A DNA stretch of 64,000 nucleotides from Sminthopsis crassicaudata (Eukaryota), in the NCBI RefSeq assembly GCF_048593235.1, contig NC_133619.1, positions 501,669,644 to 501,733,643 on the forward strand. The letters run 5' to 3'. Both the position numbers and the translations under genes were made by a program. The number at the start of each line of letters is the position of its first letter. Position 1 is the stretch's first letter. Shown here in pieces: positions 12,050 through 26,295 of the stretch. Under the pieces are notes generated by a model, which worked only from the letters and a program-made list of their open reading frames with translations, ran no database searches and had not been told where the DNA came from.

Positions 12050-12203
12050 GGGGCAGCTAGGTGGTGCAGTGGATAGAGCACCAGCCCTGAAGTCAGGAAG
12101 ACCTGAGTTCAAATCTGATCTCAGGTACTTAACACTTCCTAGCTGTGTGATCCTGGGCAAGTCACTTAACACCAATTGCCTCAGCAGAAAAAAAAAAAAA
12201 AAA
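12050..12203 (+). mobile_element. WSINE1-like SINE with A tail
   Basis: Near-consensus gggcagctaggtggtgcagtggatagagcaccagccctgaagtcagg...aattgcctcagc followed by a poly(A) run. Confidence 0.85.
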
Positions 12204-14019
12204 GAATAAAACTTTCCTGGAATAGCAGAGTCAAAGTACCAGTTCAATAAAATCAAAAATAGGGTGATTAGAAAAAAAAGAGAGAGACCATTTAATGAGT
12301 TGTGGAAAAGTAGCAATCAATCACTGGAAAGGAAACTCCCATAAAGGAATAATAAATTCTTTAAGTACTTATGTAAATATTATTTTTGCTTAATGAATCA
12401 TTATAATTTTCTATTATCATGTTTCTGTCCTTTAGTGAAGAACACAATTTTAAACATGCTGAAATGATGAAAAACAGGAGAAAGAGGAGTCAGCAACTCA
12501 AACCCTAAAAGAGAATGCATTCTTCTCTTAATGAAAATGTTTTCTGATTACTTGTATAAGACAGGAGTAAAAAAACAATTTCAACCTACCTTCTATCATA
12601 AGGGCGATAGTGATATATGGTATAACTGAAACATGTAGAGATTACTTTTCATTCAATTTATTTTTTACCAGGTAATAGTAAGAAATGATTCTTGGTTTCA
12701 CATTCTTTAAAAACACTAAGAAATAACTGTCTGCCTACAAGATACTTGTTTATTCATCAAACGTTTACTGGATACTTACTATGTGCAAGGACCTATTCCT
12801 GCTTACAAGGGAGCTGACAAGCATAAAAACAACCAAAGATAGCCAAAAACACTGGTTTTAAACAATTGCAGATCCAGAAGTATGAAGTCTGTCCAATACC
12901 CTAACTCACACTGGGCAAGTATGGTCACACCATTCTGAGTTGTAATTTGTTCATTTCTCAAATGAATTTAAGATCCATATAAACTGCAAGGATATACTGT
13001 CACTAATGAAACATGGCAGTCATTTGATAGTAACCCATGTCATATCTTTCCCTAAAACTACGATGCCACTCTGAGCAACAGCTGAGGGAATGACATATTA
13101 AGATCATGTTTATATAGCAACCTACAGTCTAGAAAATTTATTCTGTGAGGAGGATGCAGGGCCAGGCTTCCTATGGAAGAAGTGTGTATTACCCTGGAGG
13201 TGGAATGGCTTCTGGAGAAGTTCCAATGGCCTTGTGATAATTCAGGTTCCCAGCTGGTACTTTAAATTGGAAATCTTTGTCCAGGGAAAAATATGTAAAC
13301 ACAATAAATGAAGAACTGAAGTATATGAATCCTGACATTCTGATTATAAATGAAACTAGGAGATAAAAGGAAGTTATGATGAAATGGAAAGATGAATCAC
13401 AGATTTTCCTTGAAGAGGCAAATAAAGGAGTTCATAGAGTTGATTTAATATGCCCAAAGGACACAAGAAACATCATTTCAATAGACACTTGATTATCTCA
13501 TATAGCAGTGCTCAAAATTAGCATCTGCAAAAACAAACAAAAAAATAAACAACTTTTAAAATAGAGGTGCATCAGTACAGAATCAAAGACAAAACTAGTT
13601 TTTCTAAAGACTGTAAGATCCAACACAATGCTCTTGTTGACTGACAGATGCCATGGTAGCTGATTATATATAAAGTGCTACAATACTGCATAACCTCCAA
13701 AACAAGAACCATAATTATTTAAAAGACTTTGGCCTATCTACACAGGAAAAATCAAGTAGATAAAGAATGCTTGTTGTTTATACTAAAGCGTCTTAAACTG
13801 AATCACAATCCCCATATGCAGTCATATAACAATGTTTTGGGAGGGGAGGATCACAAAATTATAATTTATTAACAGTAAATGTTTCATTTGTTTGCCTATT
13901 TTACATACCTACATATTTGGATCTTGTAAAAATTTCTCTGGCATTTTGCCAGAGAGGGTCATGAGTGAAAAAAGTTCTGGTCTATACCATATGTAATTCA
14001 AGATATAAGAACTGGTCTT

Positions 14020-14640
14020 TTAGGACCCATTACTTGATAGTCACTGCAGAAATTGACTCAGAATTGACTAGGAAGAGGAAAATTGGTTTAATTGCATTTG
14101 GGAAACTATTGTGCTTTTAATGCTATCGAATTTCTCCTTAAAAGAAAGGCCTTCCTTTTTAACATCAATATTCTTCTGTAGTCTTGAGATGTGGAACCAC
14201 TCTAACTGTATTTCAAGACCATAGTCTTGAAATTAAAAATGAGTAGCAATTAGAGGACAATGAAGAATGTGTGAAGATGATATAATACATGATGTTACAG
14301 TAAAGGGCAAATCTGAAGAGCAGAGTAAGAGGCTTATTCTGCCTGAGTCCAAAATAGGGCATTGACAGCATTGATTAAACCTCATACAATGAGGTGGAAG
14401 CCCTCCTTACTCTTGATTGCTTATGCACCTGGCTCTGGCACTCTCTGACACATGACCAGGAGATAATAGAAAAAGGCGTTGCAGAAAGGGGAGGGAATTC
14501 TTTAGGATTCTAGAGGAACTTAGAGAGGGAACTCTATGTAGTGAAGTAACAAAATAAAGACTTGTTGCCGCATATTCATATGAGTCCGGTGTTCTGTGGG
14601 GGGGCCTTGAGGTCTATCTCTAATTGAAGCCATGACATCG
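14020..14640 (+). mobile_element. RTE-type LINE 3' fragment (degenerate)
   Basis: gcatttgggaaact...ctttttaacatcaatattcttc...gagatgtggaacc resembles the marsupial RTE RT C-terminal region. Confidence 0.45.
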
Positions 14641-15821
14641 GAAGATCTGGTGAGTAAGAGCCAGTTGACCCCTGCTGAGGTGAGCAGCAGGAGTTATGGA
14701 TATAAGACTAAAAAAATTGAATTATAATAAAGGTTATCATCAAAGAAATGTATGTATGATCTAAAAAGATGGGTTGGTCACATGGAGAGTAAAATAACTA
14801 ACAGATAGTTGTATGATCCATAAATCCATGATGTCAGGAAAAAAATTGCAAAGTATCATCATGTTGGGTAAGTCCCCTGAGGCAAACTTAAGGGAGGACA
14901 TACAAGTGTAGTACAAGATAGCATGGATTTCAATCAGCTTTGTTGGAAGGAATAGCACCCTCAAAAATAACAGAGCTATGAGTATTCTTTCTAGAACTTC
15001 CTCTGGCCATGTCCAGGCCATATCCAATGCTTGCCGCTACACTACTCTCCTCCCTTCAGAACCTTTTGCATTACAATTATGTATAAAGAAAGTATAGATT
15101 CTGAGCTAGGGGTTTTCCTGTATTTAAAATTCATGATACTTAAGTTTATGGGATTTTTAACATTCTGGAGAGACAGGGTCCTTTTTCGGGATACTTCCTA
15201 ATTCTTGGGCTAGTTTCAAATAAGTAAAAATGTCATATAGTCCAGGAACAAATAGGTGAAGTATCACTGTATTAGCTTCTGGATAGAGTGATTTTGTAGG
15301 GTACTCAGGTCAAGAGTTTCATGAACTGAAAATGTTTCAGAGGAATTCATTTTAAGAATAATAAATTTATTGTCTTTATTGTGTCACAAAAATTAATGGT
15401 TTAAAACCATGATTGCCCTCCATGCTTAAATAGGATCAAAAAGCCTCTAAGCATTGACTCAAGGCAAATTTAAGTGAAGTATTTCTAACCACTTAAAGGT
15501 TCTTCCCTAATCCTATGGAAAAGAGAGATGCTCTTCTCTTTTCACTTCCATCTGTAATACTGGGGCTCTGCACATAGGAAATAGATATTAAGTAAGTTTG
15601 TGAATTGTTTTAATGTAACTGACTACTTAATAGATTCACAACATTGTCAACAGTTTGCAATAGCACTTTGCCACAAGAATTACCAACAAAAGTAACAGAA
15701 CTATGGACCTTGTTTCCAAAAGACATATGGGGCAGAGTAAATTTTATAGTAAACTGTACAAATATACAATGTTTATATGCACAGATCTGCACAGATCTCT
15801 CTACTGTTGGTAATGATGACA

Positions 15822-16045
15822 ATAATAGCTAGCATTTATGTAGCACCTATTATGTGCCAGGCACCATACTAAACACTCTACAAATATCTCAATTGATCTT
15901 CACAACCCTGGGAAGTGCTATTATTATCTCCATTTTAGAGTTGAGGAAACTGAGGCAAACAGAGGTTACATGACAGGGTCACATAGCTAATTATCTAAGA
16001 TCAGATCTGAACTCATCTATCTGACTCCAGGACCAGCACTCCATT
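15822..16045 (-). mobile_element. MIR/WALLSI-like CORE-SINE
   Basis: Core cattttagagttgaggaaactgaggc...ggtcacatagcta, and an L2-like tail tagcatttatgtagcac. Confidence 0.65.
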
Positions 16046-16449
16046 CACTGAACTACATAGCTGCTTCAAGAGAAAGTAAAAGGGCCAAAGAAAACATCTT
16101 TCCAATCTCTAGGACATAAAGAAAATAACATGATTTCTTTTTCTTTTCTTTCTTTTTTTTTTTTTTTTAAGAACTGGTTTGCTGAATGTGGAAGATGAAG
16201 GGATACATTCAGAAATGAATGTAATATAAAAACAAAAAACATTAATTAAAAAACATTCCATTTTATTACAAAATAGAAAAAAAATTTGAACAAAGAAATT
16301 CTGAGTGGGTCAGAAGTAGGAAAAGTAGAACAACTTGAAATGTAAGAGCACAGGAAGCACTAAGTGAAGTTTGAGACTTCTCCAGGTGATGAGTGAAAGG
16401 AATAGGAGAGAAGCAGGACTCTGAGGATGAAGCAGTTGTGTGCACTCCC

Positions 16450-19400
16450 AAGGAATAATGGTATGAATCCACAGATGCATAAGTTGTGGCAGCTGGTAAT
16501 CCCCTACTAAGAAGTATCAATTTGCTGACTTGACATTAACAATAGAGGGATATACTTCTTCTGGAAGGCATATATTGGATGAGATCAAGAATTTATGACT
16601 CCTCAAAGCAGAAGACAACCACTTATTTCTGGCGATTAGCATGAAATGAGGATTTATATAGCAAGGTATAAACTAGGAAATAATACTATGCATTTAAGCA
16701 CTGGGTGAAAAATTGAAGGGACAAATGTAATCTTTTTCATTCCTTTTGCTCCTTGAGGTTAAAAAAAAAAAAAAAGCCTTGTAAAAGAAAAGATTATTTA
16801 GGAAGTGAACAGTTAGTTAAGTACCCAAGAACAGGATTATGGATCATGACTTAAAAAAAAAAAAAAGAGGATATGGGGGCTCTTGGAATGAAATAGATCT
16901 AACAAATGGAAGCTGGTAAAAGCTTATTTGCCTAGAATTTTGAAATTCTGACCAACAGAGTTTGATACTGAAAGAAATAAAAAAGAAAGAGAAAACTATT
17001 TATATATCAAATAGCTAAAATCTAAAAACAATGTTAGAAGCATCAAGTAATTTGGAGTAGATAAATCCCTAGAAAAGTCAGTCATAAAACTCATAACTTC
17101 AAATCTCTATATACAAATACACAGAATTAACAAGCAGAATGAGAGATTATAATGCAAAGCAAATTTGACATCCAGATATTACTGAGACGTGATGTAATAG
17201 AATACAAGACTAAAACACAACTAAAAGGGTATATCTTAATCTTAATGAAGAAAGTAGATAAAAAGTAGGCCTGGAGTAGCTGTATAGGAAATCTAGGAAC
17301 AAAAGCAGAGAGATTTGAATGTGGAGAACATTTGAATGAAGATCAATGCAAAGAAAAACAGAAATGATATTTTTCATGAGACTGTATTAAGTTGCCACCT
17401 GAAAAAAGATGGAAGTAGAAGGCAAATTTAGGGAAAAGATCACAAGTCCCACTAAGGCATAATAGAGTGATAGAAGTTATCTGGACTTCTGCTCCAGTTT
17501 TACACCAAAAGCAGCATAGTTAGTAAAGACTTGATTTGCTTTAATAATAATTCCCTTCTTTGAAAAGGTGCTAGAGAAATTAACATGGGATATTCTATCA
17601 TAAACCTCATTTTGCTCAACAAGAAAAAACTAATTGCTGATGCAGAAACTATGAAGTGTAAAGAGGAAGGAAGGGAAGGAGAAGTCTAGATACTTAGAAT
17701 CTGAGACAGAGAAGATAATTGGGTATGGTATGACATGTATGGCAAGAGATTTCAGAGGATTCAAAGAAAGAAAAGGGAGGATCCCATGGCCTAAAATTTT
17801 ATAAGCAAGTTCAGACCAGGAAACTCTAGAGAATGAAAAATCCAGTAAAAATAGTGTCAAGAACAATAGAGTTCAAAATGAGCTTAAGTTGGCAATGAAT
17901 GTTAAGAGCAACAAATACATGTTTTTTTAAAAAACTACATTTTAAATACATTCATGAAGATGATCAAAGAAGGGAGAGGAATAATATTTGAGGTGAATTA
18001 GGCAATGGCAATTAGGATGGCAAAAGGTAGAATTATTTAACTCTTACTTTGTTCCCTATTTTCTCTATCAGTGATATTTTTAAATATTTAAATTGATTGT
18101 GAAGTTAACCAAAAATAGTTGAAAAGAAAGTTGAATCCCAAAATAAATAAGAAAATGAGAAAGAATTCAGTTATTTTCAAAGAGTTCAGGTTATTAGGCA
18201 CAAACAAATTATACTGCAGAATGCTGAAAGAAATGCTGGATTAAATGGTTGAATTTGTCAGTGATCTTTCAATGAATAACAGAAGTGCTTACATGCGTTG
18301 AGAAAATAGAGGATGCATTCTGCAATGTAGACTTGGAAACGACTTCAAAAGTCTAGAATACATTAAAGGTGCAAATGTGAAAGTTTTAAAAAGGAAACAA
18401 TAGAGACAGGTAGGTAGCACAGTGGAGAGTGTACTGATCCCAGAGTCAGGGAGACCTAAATTTAAATCCAGCTTCAGAGACTTACTACCTATATAACCCT
18501 GGCACAAGTCACTTAACTCTGACAACTTCCAAAAATATCAATAATTTTTTTTTAAATGATAAAAAGTAATCAATAATCACCAAAATCCAGGCTGGCTTCA
18601 TTGACAACAAATCATGCCAGGCTAAGCATATTTCCATTTCCAACAGAATTACTAGATTGATGAATAAGGGACTGTTATAATATATTATCTATTCAGATTT
18701 CAGCAGTTAAAAGTTTCATGTGCTCTCTTTCTAAATGAGATGAAGAAATATAAACAAGACAATGATGTAATATATAAATTCAAAACTGGCTGAAATCACT
18801 TGACTCCAAAATTTTCCTTGATAGTTTTTTGTCACCTTAGAGAGAGTTCTCTAGTGGAATGTTTCAAGGACTTTTTCATTGCCTTATCTTGTTAGCTTTT
18901 TTCTCCATGACTTAAATGAAGGTAGAGATGGCAAATTCACAAATGACACAAAGCTAATAGGAACAGCTAATGGATAAGAGATTCAGGATAGGAAAAGATC
19001 TCAATAGGTGAGAATGACCGACTGAACCAAATAAAATGAAATTCATTAGATATAAAACTAAAGTATTAAACTTGAGGTTAAAAAAAAAATCACCTTCACA
19101 AAACAGGCCATGAGGGACAAGGCTAGCCACAAATTTGTGTGCAAAAGATCTAGGGATAAACTCAATATGAGTCAACATTGTGACAAGGCAGCCACAAAAG
19201 CTAATCTGACCTCATGTTGCATTATAACAAAATATCCAGAACTGGAAAGTCAAGAGTCTTGCTGAATTCTGACTTATTCACATTAGAACCATAACATTAT
19301 GCTCAATTCTGGACAACATTTAAGGACTTTGAAATCCAGCTGGAGAATGTCCAAAAGCAGAGAACCAAGATTCTGAATACCTATTACAGGATCAATTGAA

Positions 19401-19781
19401 GGAACTGGGGATGTTTAACTTGGAGAACAAATGATTTAGAAGAAACATGGTTCACTTCAAAAACTTGAAGTCCTGTAATATAGAAGAGGGATTAGAATTA
19501 TTTTTCTTGGCCCTAGAGAACAAAATGTAAAAGAATGGGTTACAGAAAAGCCAATTTAGGCTCAAAGTGAAGAAAAACTTCCTTACAATTAGAGCTAGCC
19601 AAAAGTAGAGTAGCCAAAATACTGCCTTAGGAGGTAGTTTGTTTCCCTTTACTAATTAGGCCTTCAAGTGAAGGAAGATTAGATGATTACTTGCTGGGGA
19701 TTTAAAGAGGGAATTTCTGTACATGTACACATTTTGGACTAGATGGCCTCTGAGGTCTCTTCCAACTCTTGGATCCTGTGA
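16450..19781 (+). mobile_element. Long degenerate CR1/L3 LINE (ORF2 to 3' end)
   Basis: GFIDNKSCQAKHISISNRITRLMNKG at 18594 matches the CR1 RT motif GFxKxKSCLTNLISF. CR1-type terminus gaggtctcttccaactcttggatcctgtga at 19752-19781. Interrupted by a SINE. Confidence 0.7.
18402..18525 (+). mobile_element. WSINE1-like SINE inserted in CR1
   Basis: aggtaggtagcacagtggagagtg...ccctggcacaagtcacttaac. Confidence 0.75.
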
Positions 19782-19964
19782 AGCACCTCATCCAGTCGTT
19801 GGCAGTTTGGCTGACTTGAGAGAGAAGGCGATGGCTTTACCCTCAATTTATTTAGGAGAGGGATCTTTGTGCAAATACCAGGCCTAACATCTTCCCTTAT
19901 TTCAAAGCAATGAGAACATCTGCTTGCTATGTGTCAGTCATATTAAGTCAAATAAAATAAGACA

Positions 19965-20208
19965 CATTTAAAAATTTTTCTTCCCCCTTTAATTGACCAT
20001 GGTAAAGCCATGACATTTCATTTGGTAACCTGCTTATAATTATAAAAATCATTCCACCTGGCCCGGCCTATATTGCTCTGGGCAAAACTTCCAGGCAATT
20101 CCAATCCCATTCTGCCCTGTTCTTACAAACTGCATATAAAAACAACGTCTGTGGCATTCTAGGTGAAGACGAATTCAGTGCGATGCATATTGGAGGTGAA
20201 GATGATGA
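19965..20208 (-). other. STT3A: STT3A 3'UTR (proximal end approximate)
   Basis: Follows the TAA at 20209. ATTAAA poly(A) signal at 19993-19988. Confidence 0.7.
19988..19993 (-). terminator. STT3A: Poly(A) signal ATTAAA of STT3A
   Basis: Plus strand tttaat, about 220 nt after the stop codon and followed on the minus strand by a U-rich tract. Confidence 0.6.
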
Positions 20209-20247
20209 TTATGTCCTTGACAATCCTCTATTGTCCAGGTCCTTTAC
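20209..20247 (-). CDS. STT3A: STT3A exon 18 coding part, VKDLDNRGLSRT*
   Basis: 39 nt, AG acceptor at 20249-20248. The spliced CDS totals 2118 nt. Confidence 0.97.
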   Translation of the reverse strand, partial: VKDLDNRGLSRT

Positions 20248-20299
20248 CTGCAAGACAAATTTGCTATTTAGCCCTTTGCAAGACCCCTTAAAATCAGAA

Positions 20300-21250
20300 A
20301 ACATTGTTATTCAACAAAATCTGTTAAGAAAACTAGAAAATTGTCTAACACAAACTAGACCATTAACATATCATACCATATACACCAAGATAAACTTCAA
20401 ACGATATAGATTTAAAAGGTGACATATAAACAAAATAGAGAAGAATGGAAGAAATTATCTATGCATAATAAATCTGTGATAAGGGAAGAGTTCATGATTA
20501 AGAAAGCTATCAAGAGGTTCACAGTGGGGGAAAAAGACAATTGTGATTACATAAAACTAAAAAGTTTTTGTATAAACAAAATCCTAAAGGATTATCAATA
20601 GAAGAAGAAATCCAAGCTATCATAGCCCTCCCAAAAAAAGAGTTCTAAATCACTAATTAGAGAAATGAAAATTAAAGCAAATCTGAGGTACCATCTTACA
20701 TACATCAAATTGGCAAAACTGACTTTAAAAAAAAAGAGGAAAATGACAAATGCTAGCAGGCCTATTTAGAGAGTTGTGAATTGGTTCAATCATTTTGGGA
20801 AGAAATGTGGAACTATTAGGACTATGCCCCAAAGCAACCAAAGAAAGAGTAAAAAGATCCACGTCTTCAAAAATATTTCTAGCAAATTTCTTTGTGGTAG
20901 CTGGAGAACTCAAAACAGAAAATGTCCACATCAATCGAGAAATGGCTATTGTGCTCTAAGAAATGGTGAAAGGGACATTTTCAGAAAACCTGGGAAGACC
21001 TGAATGAACTAATATAAAGTAAGCAGAACCAGGAAAATAATTTATCCAATAACAATACCATAAAGACAAATAACTTTAAAAGACTAAAAAACTCTCATCA
21101 ATACAATCAATCATAATTCTAAAAGAATCACAGTAAAACATGCTAAGAACTCAGCAGATTGAGGCATTTTTTTGGATATCACTATTGAAATTGTTTTGTT
21201 TAATTAAACATATGAAGCTGAAAATAAAATAATATTGAATTTGTAAAAAA
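20300..21250 (+). mobile_element. Degenerate L1 3' region in STT3A intron 17 (antisense to gene)
   Basis: accatacaccaagataaacttcaaa, caaattaaagcaaatctgaggtaccatcttaca and related L1 ORF2 C-terminal motifs. Confidence 0.65.
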
Positions 21251-21662
21251 AATCAGGAAACAAGTTCCCCTTTTAGTACTGAGAGGTTTGCCCAAAAGTA
21301 AAGTGAGTTGCATGTTGATGGCCAATGTGACTTTGATATCAAGCAAAAATTTTATTTTGCTCAGAGCTAATAATCCTTAAAGCACATATTCTTTCTATTC
21401 AAATCCAAAACAAAATTATATACACAAATGTGTAAATAATACACACACACATTCTGATTCAGTTATAAATTTTGCTGAGTTACTTATGGAAATTTTCCTA
21501 AATGAGAAAATCAAAGGATTAATTCAAAGAAACACAGAAATTAGTACTGACCAAGAAAATACAAAATTCAGAATAAGGAACTAGAAAAGAATTAGAGATG
21601 ATATAGTCCAACTTTCTCATTTTACAGATGAGGAAAGTAAAGTCTAAAAAATAAGTTTAAGA

Positions 21663-21816
21663 ACAGGCAACTAGATGGCACAGAGGAAAGAACACTGGCT
21701 CTGAAGTCAGGAGGACTTGATTTCAAATCCAGTTTCAGACATTTAACACTTACTAGTTGTATGACCCTAGGCAAATCACTTAACCCCAAATGCCTCACCA
21801 AAAAAAAGAAAAAAAG
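21663..21816 (+). mobile_element. WSINE1-like SINE
   Basis: Recognisable head, core and A-rich tail. Confidence 0.8.
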
Positions 21817-21840
21817 CTTAAGTCAACTGGCCCGAAATCA

Positions 21841-22089
<249 letters not shown>

Positions 22090-22578
22090 CTATTATCTGC
22101 ATCTGAACATATTTACTAGAGGGTATGTTAGTAAAGTTGTGATAAAGAAGGAGATATTACATAAAACATTCACTCTATAAAAGGATGCCTAGCAGAATGT
22201 TGAGCTCAACTTTTCTCAAAAATACAGAACAGACTGGTCTTCAACCCCCTTGAAGAATTATGAAGATGATGAAAGATCCAACTGACTAGGGAGAAAAAAC
22301 ATGCAAACATTACAAAAAAGCTCATGAAAAACTTAGGAAGAGGTCTAAATGACATTTTTAGCACATAGGTTCCCTCAAATCAAAGAAGTGATTTCAGATT
22401 TCAGGTCTCAATGTCACACCATTGGAGAACTTTTTGCTGGCAAAGCACTAAGATATGCAAAGTCAAGAGATGGCTTTATGGCTAAAGAAGATTTCCCTCA
22501 AAGTAGCAGGCTTGAGAAGTTAGGGCCCTTGTTCTACTCCAGCCCATCTCATTCGGATCTTTACCACACTGTCCTTCA

Positions 22579-22893
<315 letters not shown>

Positions 22894-23973
22894 CTAATTC
22901 TAACAATATTCCAAGTGGTAGAAGAGGGGAGGGAGAGATAAAATATTTTGTTTAGCATTCTATCATAAGACCTCCTCCACAGCATTTGAGGCAATAAATT
23001 ACAAACATAACATCTTTAAACTGGCATTGAGGAAAAATTTATAATGGTTTTAAGCTGGGGAAAATGTAACTATATAAGCCCCACAGGAGGTACAGAACAG
23101 GCAATAGGATAAGTCCATCTTTGTCTTATCAGCCACAAAACCTGGAACTGGATTCATAAATATACATGTATAATGACTATTGATACATTAAAAACCATTC
23201 CCAACTTCTTACCCTATGCTACTAATCAAATGTGGCCACTTTTGTTACTCTCAATGTTGCCCCTTTCACCGAAAAACACCAAACATATATTTGAAGAGTT
23301 AAGACAAAAGAACTTTAGCTAGATGGTTAGTTTGAAAATGCTCTACTGGCACATTAAAGAAATTGTGTTATTTACCATGCACATGCTTTTAATTAGTCAA
23401 TATATCATTCAAGTCTACATTATCATCTCTATCTAACAGATGGAAAAACTAAGATACAAGATAATGATACAAAAAAGTAAAAAAATCCATGTGTTCATAC
23501 AGTTCCTAAAGTCAGTTAGCAGCAAAACTAAATATAGAATTCCAGAGTCCTGAATCCCACTCTTTAGGTCATTAGACCAATTCTCCACAGAAACTGGAAT
23601 TGTGACTTCCTGTCTGGTAGCAGAATGTACAATGCAGAATTGTAGCAGCCTGAGATTATTTAGAGATGGAAAGGTGTACAGGATCAGGGGCAATATAGAA
23701 GATAGTCCACTACTCAAAAATGAATCTTTCGGTATTCTACAAAATAGGAAAAGTGTGAAATGTGTGATATATTACATTACCTCACATTGCTCAGAGAATC
23801 TAGACTCTGATCACATTTTTATTTTGTCTTGTAACCTGTAGGTCAGCTAGAAAATATTTATTTAATAGGAAATGAACTAAACTGAGGGAGAATATAGCTT
23901 GCACAATTTCACTATTTTTCATGACAGACACTGATAGGGACTAAAACTAAGAATATTTAAGAAACCTAGTATC

Positions 23974-24145
23974 TGCAACACATTTAATATGTATAGGATT
24001 GCCTGTCATCTAGGGGAGGGAGTAGAGGGAGAGAAGAGAAAATTTGGAAAAATGAATACAAGAGATAATGTTGTAAAAAAAAAAAAAAAAAATTACCTAT
24101 GCATATGTACTGTCAAAAAAATTATAAAATTAATTAAAAAAAAAA
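23974..24145 (+). mobile_element. Short 5'-truncated L1 3' end with near-perfect TSD
   Basis: Flanks aagaaacctagtatc (23959-23973) and aagaaactagtatc (24146-24159), with a poly(A) tail. Confidence 0.75.
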
Positions 24146-24389
24146 AAGAAACTAGTATCATAATAAACATTATAAAACCCATCAGGATTTAAACACTTGA
24201 ATGATTATTATTTCCTTTAAAAAGAAGTCTTCTTGGGATGATACACATTTATTCCAATAACGTACAAATAGTCAAAATATCTCTGGAACTTCTTTATGTT
24301 TAGAGTGTCTACAGAGATTATGACCTCTCTGAAGAACTTCAGTGAGACTAAATCTTAGTCACAAGAGTGAATTTGATTTTCTTTCTTTC

Positions 24390-24520
24390 TTTCTTTTTTT
24401 TGGCTAAGGCAATTGAGGTTAAGTGGCTTGCCCAGGACACAGCGAGGAAGTGTATGTGAACGCAGATCCTACTGAGTTCAGAGCTGGTGCTCTCTCTACT
24501 GTGTCACCTACCTGACCTCT
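24390..24520 (-). mobile_element. WSINE1-like SINE
   Basis: T-run followed by the reverse complement of the SINE core and head. Confidence 0.75.
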
Positions 24521-25881
24521 GATTTTTTTCAAGACAATAAAAAAATCATATAATGTTGAATCTGATGAATAAGACAGGTAGTCAAATGAAATAAAAATCC
24601 ATTTGGACAAAAACTTTCACAGAACAGACACCAAGCTGGAGTACTGTTATTATGAAAAATCCTTTAAGTTTTTTTTTTTTTTTTAAACATTCCCCCAGAC
24701 TCATTCAAATCTTTGTAATGTCTACATAATAAATTTAACTGGCTACAAAAGGCAAAATCTGCCTGAGTAATGCTAGCAAAATTAAACAAACAAAACTGTG
24801 ATGTCATCTCCTAGGATTCTGACCTGGACACTTCCTGAATCCAATGGATGTTGGGATTTTCCACAGCAGTCTTTGATACTACTTTTAGGTTGTAATACAA
24901 TATTATATTTTATCATCAGTTATTATTATTATTATTATATCAAACTTCCCTTTGAAAGATTAGTTCATTGTTTCTGTTCATCAATCCAAATATACAGAAT
25001 AACCTGCAGAAATATTCTTGCAAAAGTCTGTTTCTTTAACTAAAGATAATTTTGTAGCCATTATTCTCACTGTTAATCATTTATTTGAAAACCACACCTT
25101 TCACCTTTTTTGATATTCTTATAAGTCCTATAAGAATGATTGCTTCATGTAGCAACACATTTTCCTCAGCTTTTCTAAACTTTTTATGTGAGTCATTTGC
25201 ACTTGGTCTGTACCTTTGATCTCCACGGCTTCTTTTACTGTATTCAGTATCTTATTTACAGATGTTTTTATGTTTTGTACTAAATAAGATACTCCTTTTA
25301 AAGACATAAAAACATGTATTTCTATTTGGAAAGAAAAGCCCAGTTATGATTTACTGAAAAATCTTAAGTACTGCTGCTATAAATTTGCAATATTCATGCT
25401 ATGATGTTCTTTCCCCCACTTCTACATACTTCACACAAAATCTCATTACTGAATAGTCATACCTAATATAAAACCTGGAGACCAAATAGTTGATCCCTAA
25501 GACTCAACCTGGCACTAAATCTGATCCTGTGTTCTTTGTCAGTGTAATATGTTAAGAGGAAGCAGAGATGACCAATAATGTGAACAATCTTAAGAAAACA
25601 GCACATAGTATGATAATGTGTAATCATAAGTAAATCCTAAATAAAACAGGATAATCCCAGAGGGTATATAATCTATGACATAAAATACAAGGAATATATA
25701 AATATATATACCAGTTGTTACCCATGGAAAAAGGCATAACTCCCTTTAAGATAGCAAAAATCTATGATCAAGAATAGAGTTTGTTGTTTAGAGTACACAA
25801 AACTAATCATTTATTCCACTCCCATAAGGCATCTGAGTAATTTGGAAGTATGGAGCTATAACAATTACATAGCTAGTTTCA

Positions 25882-26028
<147 letters not shown>

Positions 26029-26136
26029 CTAGAAAAATAAAGAGCACACCAGTTTCAGATCAAGGTCTTATTGTTCCCTCTAAAAAGAAGTATTTCCTAC
26101 TAGGATTCGTACTTACAATGTGTGAAGAGTCCTTCA

Positions 26137-26295
<159 letters not shown>

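Noticed and set aside
12464-12547. C/D-box snoRNA-like pattern (ATGATGA...CTGA, 84 nt)
   Set aside because: Intergenic with no host intron, only a 2-bp terminal stem, and the short rRNA-like complementarity is not adjacent to the D box.
14805-14867. + strand AG...GTAAGT-bounded stretch translating SCMIHKSMMSGKKLQSIIMLG, faintly PATE/Ly6-like (the PATE cluster neighbours CHEK1 in human)
   Set aside because: No flanking cysteine pattern, no downstream CC...CN exon, in-frame stops upstream, and no polypyrimidine tract. A profile search of 12300-16400 would settle it.
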